Source: Rebecca billardiae RCC1528
Lineage: Eukaryota > Protista > Haptophyta
NCBI GenBank assembly: GCA_965240325.2
Contig: OZ251231.1
Coordinates: 310,001-374,000 of the forward strand
Length of the DNA stretch: 64,000 nt
Reading direction: 5' to 3'
Below the pieces are notes generated by a model. The model was not told the origin of the DNA, searched no databases, and worked only from the letters and a program-made list of their open reading frames with translations. Position numbers and translations under genes: made by a program. Positions 55,404 through 64,000 of this stretch are shown here, one piece after another. Positions within the stretch are counted from its first letter, which is position 1. Each line of letters begins with the position of its first letter.

Positions 55404-57641
55404 ATGGCGGGTGCCACAACCGCGGATGGCGACGAGGAGAATGAGCACGCGAATGGGGCGAGCGCGCGGCTGGTGGCGCGGTCTGCGCCGCGCCCGACGC
55501 CGCCGGCGTCGGTGATTGCGCCGGCTCACTTCTATGGCGCCAGCGCGGCGGCGTCGCTCACGCTTGGCGTCAGCCGCGCCGCGACGCAGAGCGCGCGCGC
55601 GGCGGCGGTCGAGGCGGCCGCCACGCGCAAGCGCGCGCGGCACGAGGCCCTGGCGCAGTGGCGGTGCTTCGCCGGGCAGGACGCGGCGCTTGCATTCGCC
55701 CGCCACGAGCCTGCCCAGCGCGTCTGGGCGCGCGAGCTCTCATCCAGCGGCGCGCGCCACTTCCTCGTCGCGAGCGCCGGCGCGTTCTGGCGCGCGTACC
55801 GCTGCATGCGGCCGGACGAGCGGCGGCACTACGAGGTCATCACGCCGGACACGCCGTGCCGCGTGTACTTCGACCTGGAGTTCGACCGCGCCGCGAACCC
55901 GCCAAGCGGCGCCGCGCCCGGCGGCGCCAGCTCCGCCGGCTCGGCGCGCTGGCCGTGCGACGAGGCGCGGATGCGCGCTTTCTGGGCGCTCCTCGGCGAG
56001 CACGCGCGCGCCACGCTGGGGCCTGGGGTGTTCGTCGACGGCTGCGCGTCCGTCGAGCTCGACTCGTCCACGCCGCGTAAGTTCTCGCGCCACGTGATCG
56101 TCACGCTCCGCGCAGTGCCGCAGGCTGGCGCGGTCGCGGGGGCCGACGCGCGCATCGAGGCGGGCGCCGGGGCTGAGGAGGAGGAGGAGGAGGACGCGTG
56201 GGGCATGCTGAGCGCGGGGCCCGAGGTGCTCTTCGAGGACAACGCGCACGCCGGCCGCTGGGTGGGCTCGTGGCTCGCGTGGCTCGAGGCGCTGGCGGCC
56301 GGCGCCGCGTGCGCGCGCGGGTGCGCGTGCGGCGCGCTCGGCGCTGGCGACACGTGTGCGGAGCGGCGGCGGCTGCGCTCGCTCGCGGCGCTGCTCGCCG
56401 TGCGCCCCCCGAGTGCGCCCGCCGAGTGCCCCTCGCCGCCGCCCGCGTGCTGGCTCGTCGACCCGGCCGTCTACTCGCGCCACCGCTGCCTCCGCCTGTT
56501 CAAATCGGCCAAGTTTGGCAAGGGCGGCGCGCAGCTGCTGCCGGCACACTTGAGCGAGGGGCAGCTGTGGCGCATGCCGCACGCGGCGGAGGCGGCGCTG
56601 TTCGAGCGGGCGCTGGTGTGCCCGCACGCGCGGCTCGAGTGGGCCGCCGCAGCGCCGGCGGGGCCGCCGCCGGGGCCGCTGCCGGGGCCGGCTCCGGCGG
56701 TGGGGCCGGCTCAGCCCGCGCCTGTGGCGCCGTTTCCGCTGCCGGCTGCGGCCGCGAGCGCGGTGGCACTCGCGGAGGGCGGCGCCAGCGGCGGCGACGA
56801 CGACGGCTCGGAGGTGGCACTCGTGGGGGCGGACCCCGGCGTGGGCGTGCGCGCGTACACCCGCCGCCTCGCCGCGCCGCGCGCCGAGCTCGCATATCTC
56901 GTGCTGCGCGTGCCGCCCGCGCCTGGCTGCCGCGCGGGCGCGGACGCAGCGCGCGATCGCGCGCCGCTGCCCGCGGCCGACGGCGCCGCGGGCCTGGCGG
57001 CGGCCCCGCCGCGGTTGGTACCTCCGTCGCTGGCCGACGAGCGCGGCGACGCCGTGCTCGAGGCCGTCCGCTGCTGGGCGGCGCGCGCGTGGGCCGCCAA
57101 GTCGTGCGCGCCGTGCACGCTCGCGCCGCCGCGGCTCGTGGCGGGCGCGCGTGCGGAGGCACGAGGCGCGGTCTGCGGCGCAGGCGGCGCGGCGCGGCGC
57201 GGCGGCGTGCGGCTGGTGATGGGCGTGGAGGGCTCGCGTTGGTGCGGCCGCATCGGCCGGCACCACCGCTCGAACGGCGTGTACCTCACCCTCGCACTTG
57301 AGCCGCGCACACCGGCGGCGGCGGCGGCGGAGGCGGAGGCCGCGGCCGGCGCTGCGGGATGCTCACGCGCAGAGCAGGACGCGGCTGCAGCAGCGCCGGC
57401 CGTCGGGCGGGCACTGGTGCCGCTGCCTGCACGCGCAACGCTCTCCCAGCGCTGCCACGACCCCGAGTGCCGAGCGGCGGGGTACCGCGGCGACGAGCTG
57501 CCGCTCCCGCCCGCGCTCACGCATGCGCTGTGGGAGGCCCTCGCCCTGCCGCCGGCGCCTGCGCTGATGTGTCAGGGGCCCGGCCCGCCAGGGGCAGGAG
57601 TCACTGCCGCGCACGGCCCACAGCCCGCACTCCATAACTAG
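55404..57641 (+). CDS. PRIMPOL: DNA primase/polymerase PrimPol (AEP domain + UL52-type Zn finger)
   Basis: HYEVI..PCRVYFDLEF (motif A), KFSRH (motif B), VDPAVYSRHRCLRL (motif C), RWCGRIGRHHRSN...QRCHDPEC (Zn finger). Confidence 0.93.
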   Translation: MAGATTADGDEENEHANGASARLVARSAPRPTPPASVIAPAHFYGASAAASLTLGVSRAATQSARAAAVEAAATRKRARHEALAQWRCFAGQDAALAFARHEPAQRVWARELSSSGARHFLVASAGAFWRAYRCMRPDERRHYEVITPDTPCRVYFDLEFDRAANPPSGAAPGGASSAGSARWPCDEARMRAFWALLGEHARATLGPGVFVDGCASVELDSSTPRKFSRHVIVTLRAVPQAGAVAGADARIEAGAGAEEEEEEDAWGMLSAGPEVLFEDNAHAGRWVGSWLAWLEALAAGAACARGCACGALGAGDTCAERRRLRSLAALLAVRPPSAPAECPSPPPACWLVDPAVYSRHRCLRLFKSAKFGKGGAQLLPAHLSEGQLWRMPHAAEAALFERALVCPHARLEWAAAAPAGPPPGPLPGPAPAVGPAQPAPVAPFPLPAAAASAVALAEGGASGGDDDGSEVALVGADPGVGVRAYTRRLAAPRAELAYLVLRVPPAPGCRAGADAARDRAPLPAADGAAGLAAAPPRLVPPSLADERGDAVLEAVRCWAARAWAAKSCAPCTLAPPRLVAGARAEARGAVCGAGGAARRGGVRLVMGVEGSRWCGRIGRHHRSNGVYLTLALEPRTPAAAAAEAEAAAGAAGCSRAEQDAAAAAPAVGRALVPLPARATLSQRCHDPECRAAGYRGDELPLPPALTHALWEALALPPAPALMCQGPGPPGAGVTAAHGPQPALHN

Positions 57642-57831
57642 GGCATAGCCCTAGTCTTATACGTACGATAGTTATATGTCTACTGTCTAGAGAGTGATGA
57701 CGGCCACTGTCCGAGTGCCACCGATGAGGCGCTCGGCTGTACCGGCTCGTCACGCTCGGCATGGACATGCCACAATCACATTGACATGGTCACTGTCCAT
57801 CATGGTGTCCCCGTCCAGAGCCTGAGTACAT

Positions 57832-58538
57832 GTGGCTGAGTCAGTTTAAATTCCCCTTCGGCGAAGGGAAACTTTTTCCGCGCAAAGCCCGGTCAAAGAA
57901 AGTCGAAACCCGCTGACTCACCCGCAAGCTCAGAGTGGGCCGCCCGTGCGGTTGCCAGCATGCCTGCGGTCGGCCGTCCTGGGCGAGCCGCGGTGATCGG
58001 AGCCAACTGGATGGGCTCGGTCGCAGCCGATGAGTCAGCAGGGAGGTGATCGTAGCGAGCAGCACCGCCGACATGCGGCATGTTCAAGGACGAGGTGCTG
58101 AGTCATGCAGCAGCTCGGCTCGCGGCACGGAGCGGCTCACGTCGGATGGCGGCATGGAGTGATGCCGGCCTCGACAAGCGCCAGACACGCTGCCTACAGG
58201 CCTGACAGGATGCACTGAGCAAGCTGCGCCAGTGGGTGCGGCAGCGACATGCGTCTCTAGCTGCGCCGTGACCTCTTGACGCGCTGGCCGCCGCCCGGCG
58301 CCCAGCGCGCGCGCTGCCGTGCGGCGCGCGGCTCAGGCTGGCAGCAGTCTCAGATCCAATCTGACTCACACTTCTCAGAAATTCAAAAAAATGGATTTTC
58401 TCGCCCAATTTTGGTCCTTCGTCGACGTTCTTGGGCTCTACGTGCTCCTCTCGACGAGGCGCTTCGGGTAGGCTAGCTAACTCGGATCGCGACCCCTGGG
58501 CCTGCACTAAAAAGGGGATTTTAAACTGACTCAGCCAC
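57832..58538. mobile_element. MITE-like TIR element, 707 bp, 4-bp TSD (ACAT)
   Basis: Left ACAT|GTGGCTGAGTCAGTTTAAATTCCCCTT; right AAGGGGATTTTAAACTGACTCAGCCAC|ACAT (27-bp TIR, 1 mismatch). Confidence 0.85.
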
Positions 58539-59022
58539 ACATCGTCATATTGTGCGTCTGAGGTCATGGGTTCAAAACCAGTTTCCAGGTCTCTCTTCGG
58601 AGAGCGTGCGATGAAGGATGGCGCGGCAACCTGCCACCGTGAGCCTTACGCACGTTAAAACAAATAAACTGTATAGTGTATGCCGCCAAGTCTGGCATCT
58701 GGACCAGGTGCCGAGTTGCCTCCCAGGCTCAGATGTGAATTGTGATGCTGATGTGCCGTATTTGCGCGGGGGTGGGTGGCGTTCCGAGGGCGGTGACATA
58801 CTGTATGCGTCCCCTGGATCAGTGTGCCATGCGGCCCTATGATACTCTATGACTATGTCGTGCCACATGTGGCTGCTCACCAGCGTGCTCACCAACGAGG
58901 CCTGCCCGGCTGCCCCGGCCCGCGGCGAGTGTATTATTGTCGCTCCAGAAGGCCCTGGTAGCAAAGGAATGTCCTGTACTCCTCGACGATTGAGATTTCA
59001 CATCGTCGACTTGCAGGGAGGC

Positions 59023-60945
59023 ATGGCAGGGTTCGTCGTTCGTCGTCGTCGGCGGCGGCGCTCCTGGCGCCACCACTGCCTGCTCGCGGCCCTCCTCCTC
59101 CTCGGCGCGGCGCACGGCGGTGCCAGCGGAGGCGCACGCGCGCTGTCGTCCTTACCGGCGCCCGGCAGCACCGCGCCCGAGCGCGGCGCCGACCCGTGCC
59201 ACGCCGCGCGGCTGGGCGGGGGCTCGCGCGTGCTCGTGGTTGCCCTGACGTCGACGTCGAACGGGCCGGGCCTACTGCCGCAGTACGCGACCGACCTGCA
59301 CGGCGCGGGATGGGAGGTGGGCGTGCTGATCTCTCGGCACCAGGCGAGCCGGCACAGCCCCTGGAACGGCCTGTGGAACACCTCGTCGTCGACTAACCCG
59401 ATCCGGTACGCTCGCACGCCACGGGACGGTCTCCCGGAAGCAAGCGCGCTCGAGGCGGCCATCGTGGAGTGGGCGCCGGCCATCGTGCTGGCGGACTACC
59501 GCACGTCGACGCTGCTGATGATCCGGGTAGTCAGTAGGCTCGAGGCCCTGAGCACGCGCACGCAGGCGCAGGAGCGCGCGCTCGCCACGCTTGTCTGCTC
59601 GCTCCCGCGCGCACGCGAGCACTGGGCGCGGCACACAGACAAGCTGCGCACACTCAAGCTGGCGGCGAAGCTCCGGCTACCGTTGGCGTGGCAGACGACG
59701 CTCAAGCCATCGTCCGTGGCCCGCGTGGGCACGGCCGAGCTCGAGCAGCTCGCGCAGCGCCTGCCGCTCGTCGCCAAGACCACTGCCGACAGCGCCGGCA
59801 GGGGCGTGCACATCTGCCGCACGGCACCGCAGCTGCGCGAGGCGCTGCGGCGTGCAGCCAAGGGCAGGACGAGCCTGCTGCTGGAGGCGTGGGTGCAGGG
59901 CGTGTCGGTGGAGTGGGTGGGCGCGGCGGTCGACGGCGAGGTGGTCGCTGGCTTCGGCTACGTCCCTCTCGCGTACGCAGGCGAGACGGGCGCGGGCCTG
60001 ATGTCGCGCACGGCCAACCTGCCCGAGGCGGCGCGCGTGTTTAGCGCGCTGGTGCGCGCGCTCGGCTTCACCGGCGTCGCGCAGCTCGACTTTCGGATCG
60101 AGCATGGCTCGGGGCGCACGCTGCTCATCGACCCGAACATGCGCTTATCCCCGGCTATCGGCCTCCCTGGCGCGGTGCTGGGCCTGCCCACGGGGCCCCT
60201 CGAGGCGCTGCGCGCGCGCGTGCAACAGGGCGCGCCACCCCCGGGCCGCACGGCGCGCACTTCGGCGGGGACTCCAGTGGTGCCCCCGCTGGTGCACGCG
60301 GTCAACGCCTATTCAATCTACTCGTTCTCAACGGAGCAGCGGCTGTGGCCGCTCGCGTACTGCGCCGACGTGTGGACGCAGACGCCGTGGCCGATGGTGT
60401 GGCGCGGCGCCGTCGCGCCCCAGCTCGCCGCAGACGGTGCCGCGTGCACACTCCGGTACTCGGCCGACCCGCCGACGGCTGTGCTGCGGCAGCGCTGCCC
60501 GGCCGGCGGTCCCGCGGACGGCTCGTGTCGCGGGCGCTGCGAGCCGCTCGCGCCCGCCGTGCCCGGGGTGCTCCCAGCCGACTGCACGCGCCTCGCTCAA
60601 GCTTGGTGTGAGCAGATCTTCGACTGGGTGCGAGCGCACTCGTCGTGCGCGCCCGCTGGCTCGGTCGCGCACCTGCGGCGCAATCTCGAGCTCGCGTCAG
60701 GAGAGCCCGTGCTGCTGTGCGGCGGGCCGGCGGCCGAGGCGGCCGAGGCCGGCGCGGGTGGTGCGGTGGCTACTGGCCGCCACGCGGATGCCGACGCCGG
60801 ACTGCTGCGCCAGCACATCAGCACCGCCAGCACTTTGTCGGATGCTGACCTGCTGATGGCGGGCGACTACGCGCCGCGGCGGCAGTGGCAGCGGTATTGG
60901 AATCTGTCAGAGGCGACGTACCACAGTAGTGGGAGTCGACGCTGA
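59023..60945 (+). CDS. Signal-peptide-bearing ATP-grasp-fold protein with Cys-rich C-terminal domain (paralogue 2)
   Basis: Basic N-region + LLAALLLLGAAHG; HTDKLRTLKLAAKL; LPLVAKTTADSAGRGVHIC; LLEAWVQG; GFTGVAQLDFRI...LIDPNMRL. Confidence 0.85.
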   Translation: MAGFVVRRRRRRRSWRHHCLLAALLLLGAAHGGASGGARALSSLPAPGSTAPERGADPCHAARLGGGSRVLVVALTSTSNGPGLLPQYATDLHGAGWEVGVLISRHQASRHSPWNGLWNTSSSTNPIRYARTPRDGLPEASALEAAIVEWAPAIVLADYRTSTLLMIRVVSRLEALSTRTQAQERALATLVCSLPRAREHWARHTDKLRTLKLAAKLRLPLAWQTTLKPSSVARVGTAELEQLAQRLPLVAKTTADSAGRGVHICRTAPQLREALRRAAKGRTSLLLEAWVQGVSVEWVGAAVDGEVVAGFGYVPLAYAGETGAGLMSRTANLPEAARVFSALVRALGFTGVAQLDFRIEHGSGRTLLIDPNMRLSPAIGLPGAVLGLPTGPLEALRARVQQGAPPPGRTARTSAGTPVVPPLVHAVNAYSIYSFSTEQRLWPLAYCADVWTQTPWPMVWRGAVAPQLAADGAACTLRYSADPPTAVLRQRCPAGGPADGSCRGRCEPLAPAVPGVLPADCTRLAQAWCEQIFDWVRAHSSCAPAGSVAHLRRNLELASGEPVLLCGGPAAEAAEAGAGGAVATGRHADADAGLLRQHISTASTLSDADLLMAGDYAPRRQWQRYWNLSEATYHSSGSRR

Positions 60946-61142
60946 TATGTAGTATGTACGACGACATGCAGCCTGCTGAGATATCAATCGGCGGCGTCGG
61001 AGAGTAGTGGCATCCGCGTCGTAACTTGATGTGTCTTGACTGTCTTTAGTCATTGACGAATGATTGATGATGCTGCCGATGACAGTGCCCACCGGCCGCA
61101 CGCGGCAGCAGCGCGGCGAGCACGCGACTACGAGCGCAGGCA

Positions 61143-63029
61143 TCACACGCGTCGACTACTACTGTACACCGGTGTCGCCTCCGACAGATTCCAATACCGA
61201 CGCCACTGCCGGCGACCGGCGCCCGCCATCACCTCGGTGCTGACAGTGTGCGAGCGCAGCCCGTGGGCACCCGCGTAGTGACTGCCATCAGTGCCCAACT
61301 CCGCACCGCCGGTGCCGGCCTCGGCCGTCTCAGCCGTCGGCCCGCCGCACAGCAGCACGGGCTCGCCTGACGCGAGCTCGAGATTGCGCCGCAGGTGCGC
61401 GATCGAGCCAGCGGGCGCGCACGACGAGTGCGCTCGCACCCAGTCGAAGATCTGCTCACACCAAGCTTGAGCGAGGCGCGTGCAGTCGGCTGGGAGCACC
61501 CCGGGCACGGCGGGCGCGAGCGGCTCGCAGCGCCCGCGACACGAGCCGTCCGCGGGACCGCCAGCCGGGCAGCGCTGCCGCAGCACAGCCGTCGGCGGGT
61601 CGGCCGAGTACCGGAGTGTGCACGCGGCACCGTCTGCGGCGAGCTGGGGCGCGACGGCGCCGCGCCACACCATCGGCCACGGCGTCTGCGTCCACACGTC
61701 GGCGCAGTACGCGAGCGGCCACAGCCGCTGCTCCGTTGAGAACGAGTAGACTGGATAGAAGTTGACCGCGTGCACCAGCGGGGGCACCACTGGAGTCCCC
61801 GCCGAAGTGCGCGCCGTGCGGCCCGGGGGTGGCGCGCCCTGTTGCACGCGCGCACGCAGCGCCTCGAGGGGCCCCGTGGGCAGGCCCAGCACCGCGCCAG
61901 GGAGGCCGATGAGCGGGGACAGGCGCATGTTCGGGTCGATGAGCAGCGTGCGCCCCGTGCTCCACTCGATCCGAAAGTCGAGCTGCGCGACGCCGGTGAA
62001 GCCGAGCGCGCGCACCAGCGCGCTAAACACGCGCGCCGCCTCGGGCAGGTTGGCCGTGCGCGACATCAGGCCCGCACCCGTCTCGCCTGCGTACGCGAGA
62101 GGGACGTAGCCGAAGCCAGCGACCACCTCGCCGTCGACCGCCGCGCCCACCCACTCCACCGACACACCCTGCACCCACGCCTCCAGCAGCAGGCTCGTCC
62201 GGCCCTTGGCTGCACGCCGCAGCGCCTCGCGCAGCTGCGGTGCCGTGCGGCAAATGCGCACGCCCCTGCCGGCGCTGTCGAGCGAGGTCTTGGCGACGAG
62301 CGGCAGGCGCTGCGCGAGCTGCTCGAGCTCGGCCGTGCCCACGCGGGCCACGGACGATGGCTTGAGCGTCGTCTGCCACGCCAACGGCAGCCCGAGCTTC
62401 GCCGCCAGCTGGAGTGTGCGCAGCTTGTCCGTGTGCCGCCCCCAGTGCTCGCGTACGCGCGGGAGCGAGCAGACAAGCGTGGCGAGCGCGCGCTCCTGCG
62501 CCTGCGTGCGCGTGCTCAGGGCCTCGAGCCGTTTGGCCACTTGGACCATCAGCAGCGTCGACGTGCGGTAGTCCGCCAGCACGATGGCCGGGGCCCACTC
62601 CACGATGGCCGCCTCGAGCGCGCTCGCTTCCGGGAGACCGTCCCGTGGCGTGCGAGCGTACCGGATCGGGTTAGTCGACGACGAGGTGTTCCACAGGCCG
62701 TTCCTGGGGCCGTGCCGGCTCGCCTGGTGCCGAGAGATCAGCACGCCCACCTCCCATCCCGCGCCGTGCAGGTCGGTCGCGTACTGCGGCAGTAGGCCCG
62801 GCCCGTTCGACGTGGACGCCAGGGCAACCACGAGCACGCGCGAGCCCCCGCCCAGCCGCGCGGCGTGGCACGCGTCGGCGCCGCCCTGGGGCGCGGTGCT
62901 GCCGGGCGCCGATGAGGACGACAGCGTGCGTGCGCCTCCGCTGGCACCGCCGTGCGCCGCGCCGAGGAGGAGGAGGGCCGCGAGCACCAGGCGGCGACTC
63001 CTGATGCATCGGCAGTGAGGACTCATCAT
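61143..63029 (-). CDS. Signal-peptide-bearing ATP-grasp-fold protein (paralogue 3, inverted duplicate of paralogue 2)
   Basis: Near-identical to 59023-60945 over most of its length; convergent orientation; intact ORF. Confidence 0.85.
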   Translation of the reverse strand: MMSPHCRCIRSRRLVLAALLLLGAAHGGASGGARTLSSSSAPGSTAPQGGADACHAARLGGGSRVLVVALASTSNGPGLLPQYATDLHGAGWEVGVLISRHQASRHGPRNGLWNTSSSTNPIRYARTPRDGLPEASALEAAIVEWAPAIVLADYRTSTLLMVQVAKRLEALSTRTQAQERALATLVCSLPRVREHWGRHTDKLRTLQLAAKLGLPLAWQTTLKPSSVARVGTAELEQLAQRLPLVAKTSLDSAGRGVRICRTAPQLREALRRAAKGRTSLLLEAWVQGVSVEWVGAAVDGEVVAGFGYVPLAYAGETGAGLMSRTANLPEAARVFSALVRALGFTGVAQLDFRIEWSTGRTLLIDPNMRLSPLIGLPGAVLGLPTGPLEALRARVQQGAPPPGRTARTSAGTPVVPPLVHAVNFYPVYSFSTEQRLWPLAYCADVWTQTPWPMVWRGAVAPQLAADGAACTLRYSADPPTAVLRQRCPAGGPADGSCRGRCEPLAPAVPGVLPADCTRLAQAWCEQIFDWVRAHSSCAPAGSIAHLRRNLELASGEPVLLCGGPTAETAEAGTGGAELGTDGSHYAGAHGLRSHTVSTEVMAGAGRRQWRRYWNLSEATPVYSSSRRV

Positions 63030-63126
63030 TGTCGGCCGCCACGAACTCACGAAGCGATTGGAGATTCATCAAGCGAAAGTGGATGACGAACGATTCATCA
63101 GTGGCCGGCGCCGGAACAAGCCTTTA

Positions 63127-63731
63127 TGGAGCGCTCGTTGGAACTTGACACCGGTTTGGCGCCCGCGCGGCGAGGGCGACGACGGGCGTACACGGGGCCC
63201 GCGGCGGCGGGAAGCGCGCGGGCGCGGCCGAGAACGGCACGGTCCGGACGCCTCTCGCCAGCCGCGGACGCGCACCGCGCCTCCTCCTCGCACGCTGCTA
63301 ACTTGATCCGGGTTGAACGGCGGTTTTGCTGCCGACCAGCTCAAGTTCCACGGCTGGTCAAGGTTCGGCTTGCGACCTCGCCGCTGGTGCTTGCAAGAAG
63401 GTACACAAGTTGGTCGAACTCCCACGCACCCGCTCTGCGCTCGTCGACGCCCTCTGAAGGTGACTCGGGGTGCATGCGGGGCAGTGGAATGCAGTGGTTC
63501 GGCGTTGCCTCTCAGTCGTCCAGCGCGTAGGCCATGTAGCGCGGGTGTGGTGCGCGCATGGCCCGGTAATTCGGTCGCGGCATGTCTGTGTGGGCTGCCC
63601 AAGGCCTGCCGTACCGCAAAGCGAGCGCTCAGGAGCGTGTGCCGACCGTGCCAGCCCCGCCGAGATGGGGCACTTCGCTGGGAAATGCGGTGTCAAGTTC
63701 CACCCCCGCTCAAGTTCCAACGAGCGCTCCA
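63127..63731. mobile_element. MITE, 605 bp, 22-bp perfect TIR, TA TSD
   Basis: TA|TGGAGCGCTCGTTGGAACTTGA ... TCAAGTTCCAACGAGCGCTCCA|TA; extra internal TCAAGTTCCA copies at ~63341 and ~63693. Confidence 0.85.
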
Positions 63732-64000
63732 TACGCCCGACCGGGTGGTCACTCCCACTGGCGCCTTCGCGCGCTCATGGCGTCCGTGCGCGCGTGTGGG
63801 CTCTCAGGAGGGCGCACGGCTCAGTGTGGCGAGCGGAACGGTCGGTATGGTCAGTACAGTATGGGTGACGAGGTCGACGATGGGCCGGATGGGCTGCCAT
63901 CTGAGGACGAAGTCGGCCCGCTGGAGCTCGACGATCTGGCCGACGGTCGTGATTCCCTTGATCAGATGGCGACAACCGCGCGGACGACGAGACAGTTCAG

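Overview
This is eukaryotic nuclear DNA, not prokaryotic. It is very GC-rich, has spliceosomal introns (mostly GTGCG...CAG, one GC-AG), TTAGGG-type repeats and (TA)n tracts. These traits suggest a haptophyte alga such as the Pavlovales; that assignment is inference only. Most long ORFs in the six-frame track are GC-rich antisense or off-frame shadows. I support about 23 protein genes. The main result is an 18-exon minus-strand gene (41239-49655, ~1453 aa, every splice phase checked by hand) that fuses a myosin motor, an IQ motif, a CEP164-type WW module and a C-terminal Tubby domain. Other highlights: (1) three signal-peptide-bearing ATP-grasp paralogues with a shared Cys-rich tail, two of them a recent inverted duplication; (2) several secretory-pathway glycan-modifying enzymes; (3) a beta-thymosin-like microprotein; (4) a virus-associated EsV-1-7 zinc-finger repeat ORF absent from the ORF track; (5) a short BLTP3/Chorein-N-like protein flanked by IQ and EF-hand motifs; (6) an intron-containing RTX-repeat protein; (7) five unrelated non-autonomous TIR transposons with target-site duplications, plus a tandem element in a (TA)n tract. 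Housekeeping-type genes are a PAQR, MtnK, a GH1, a MATE transporter, SPRYD7, LYS1-type saccharopine dehydrogenase, an ARM-repeat protein and PrimPol.
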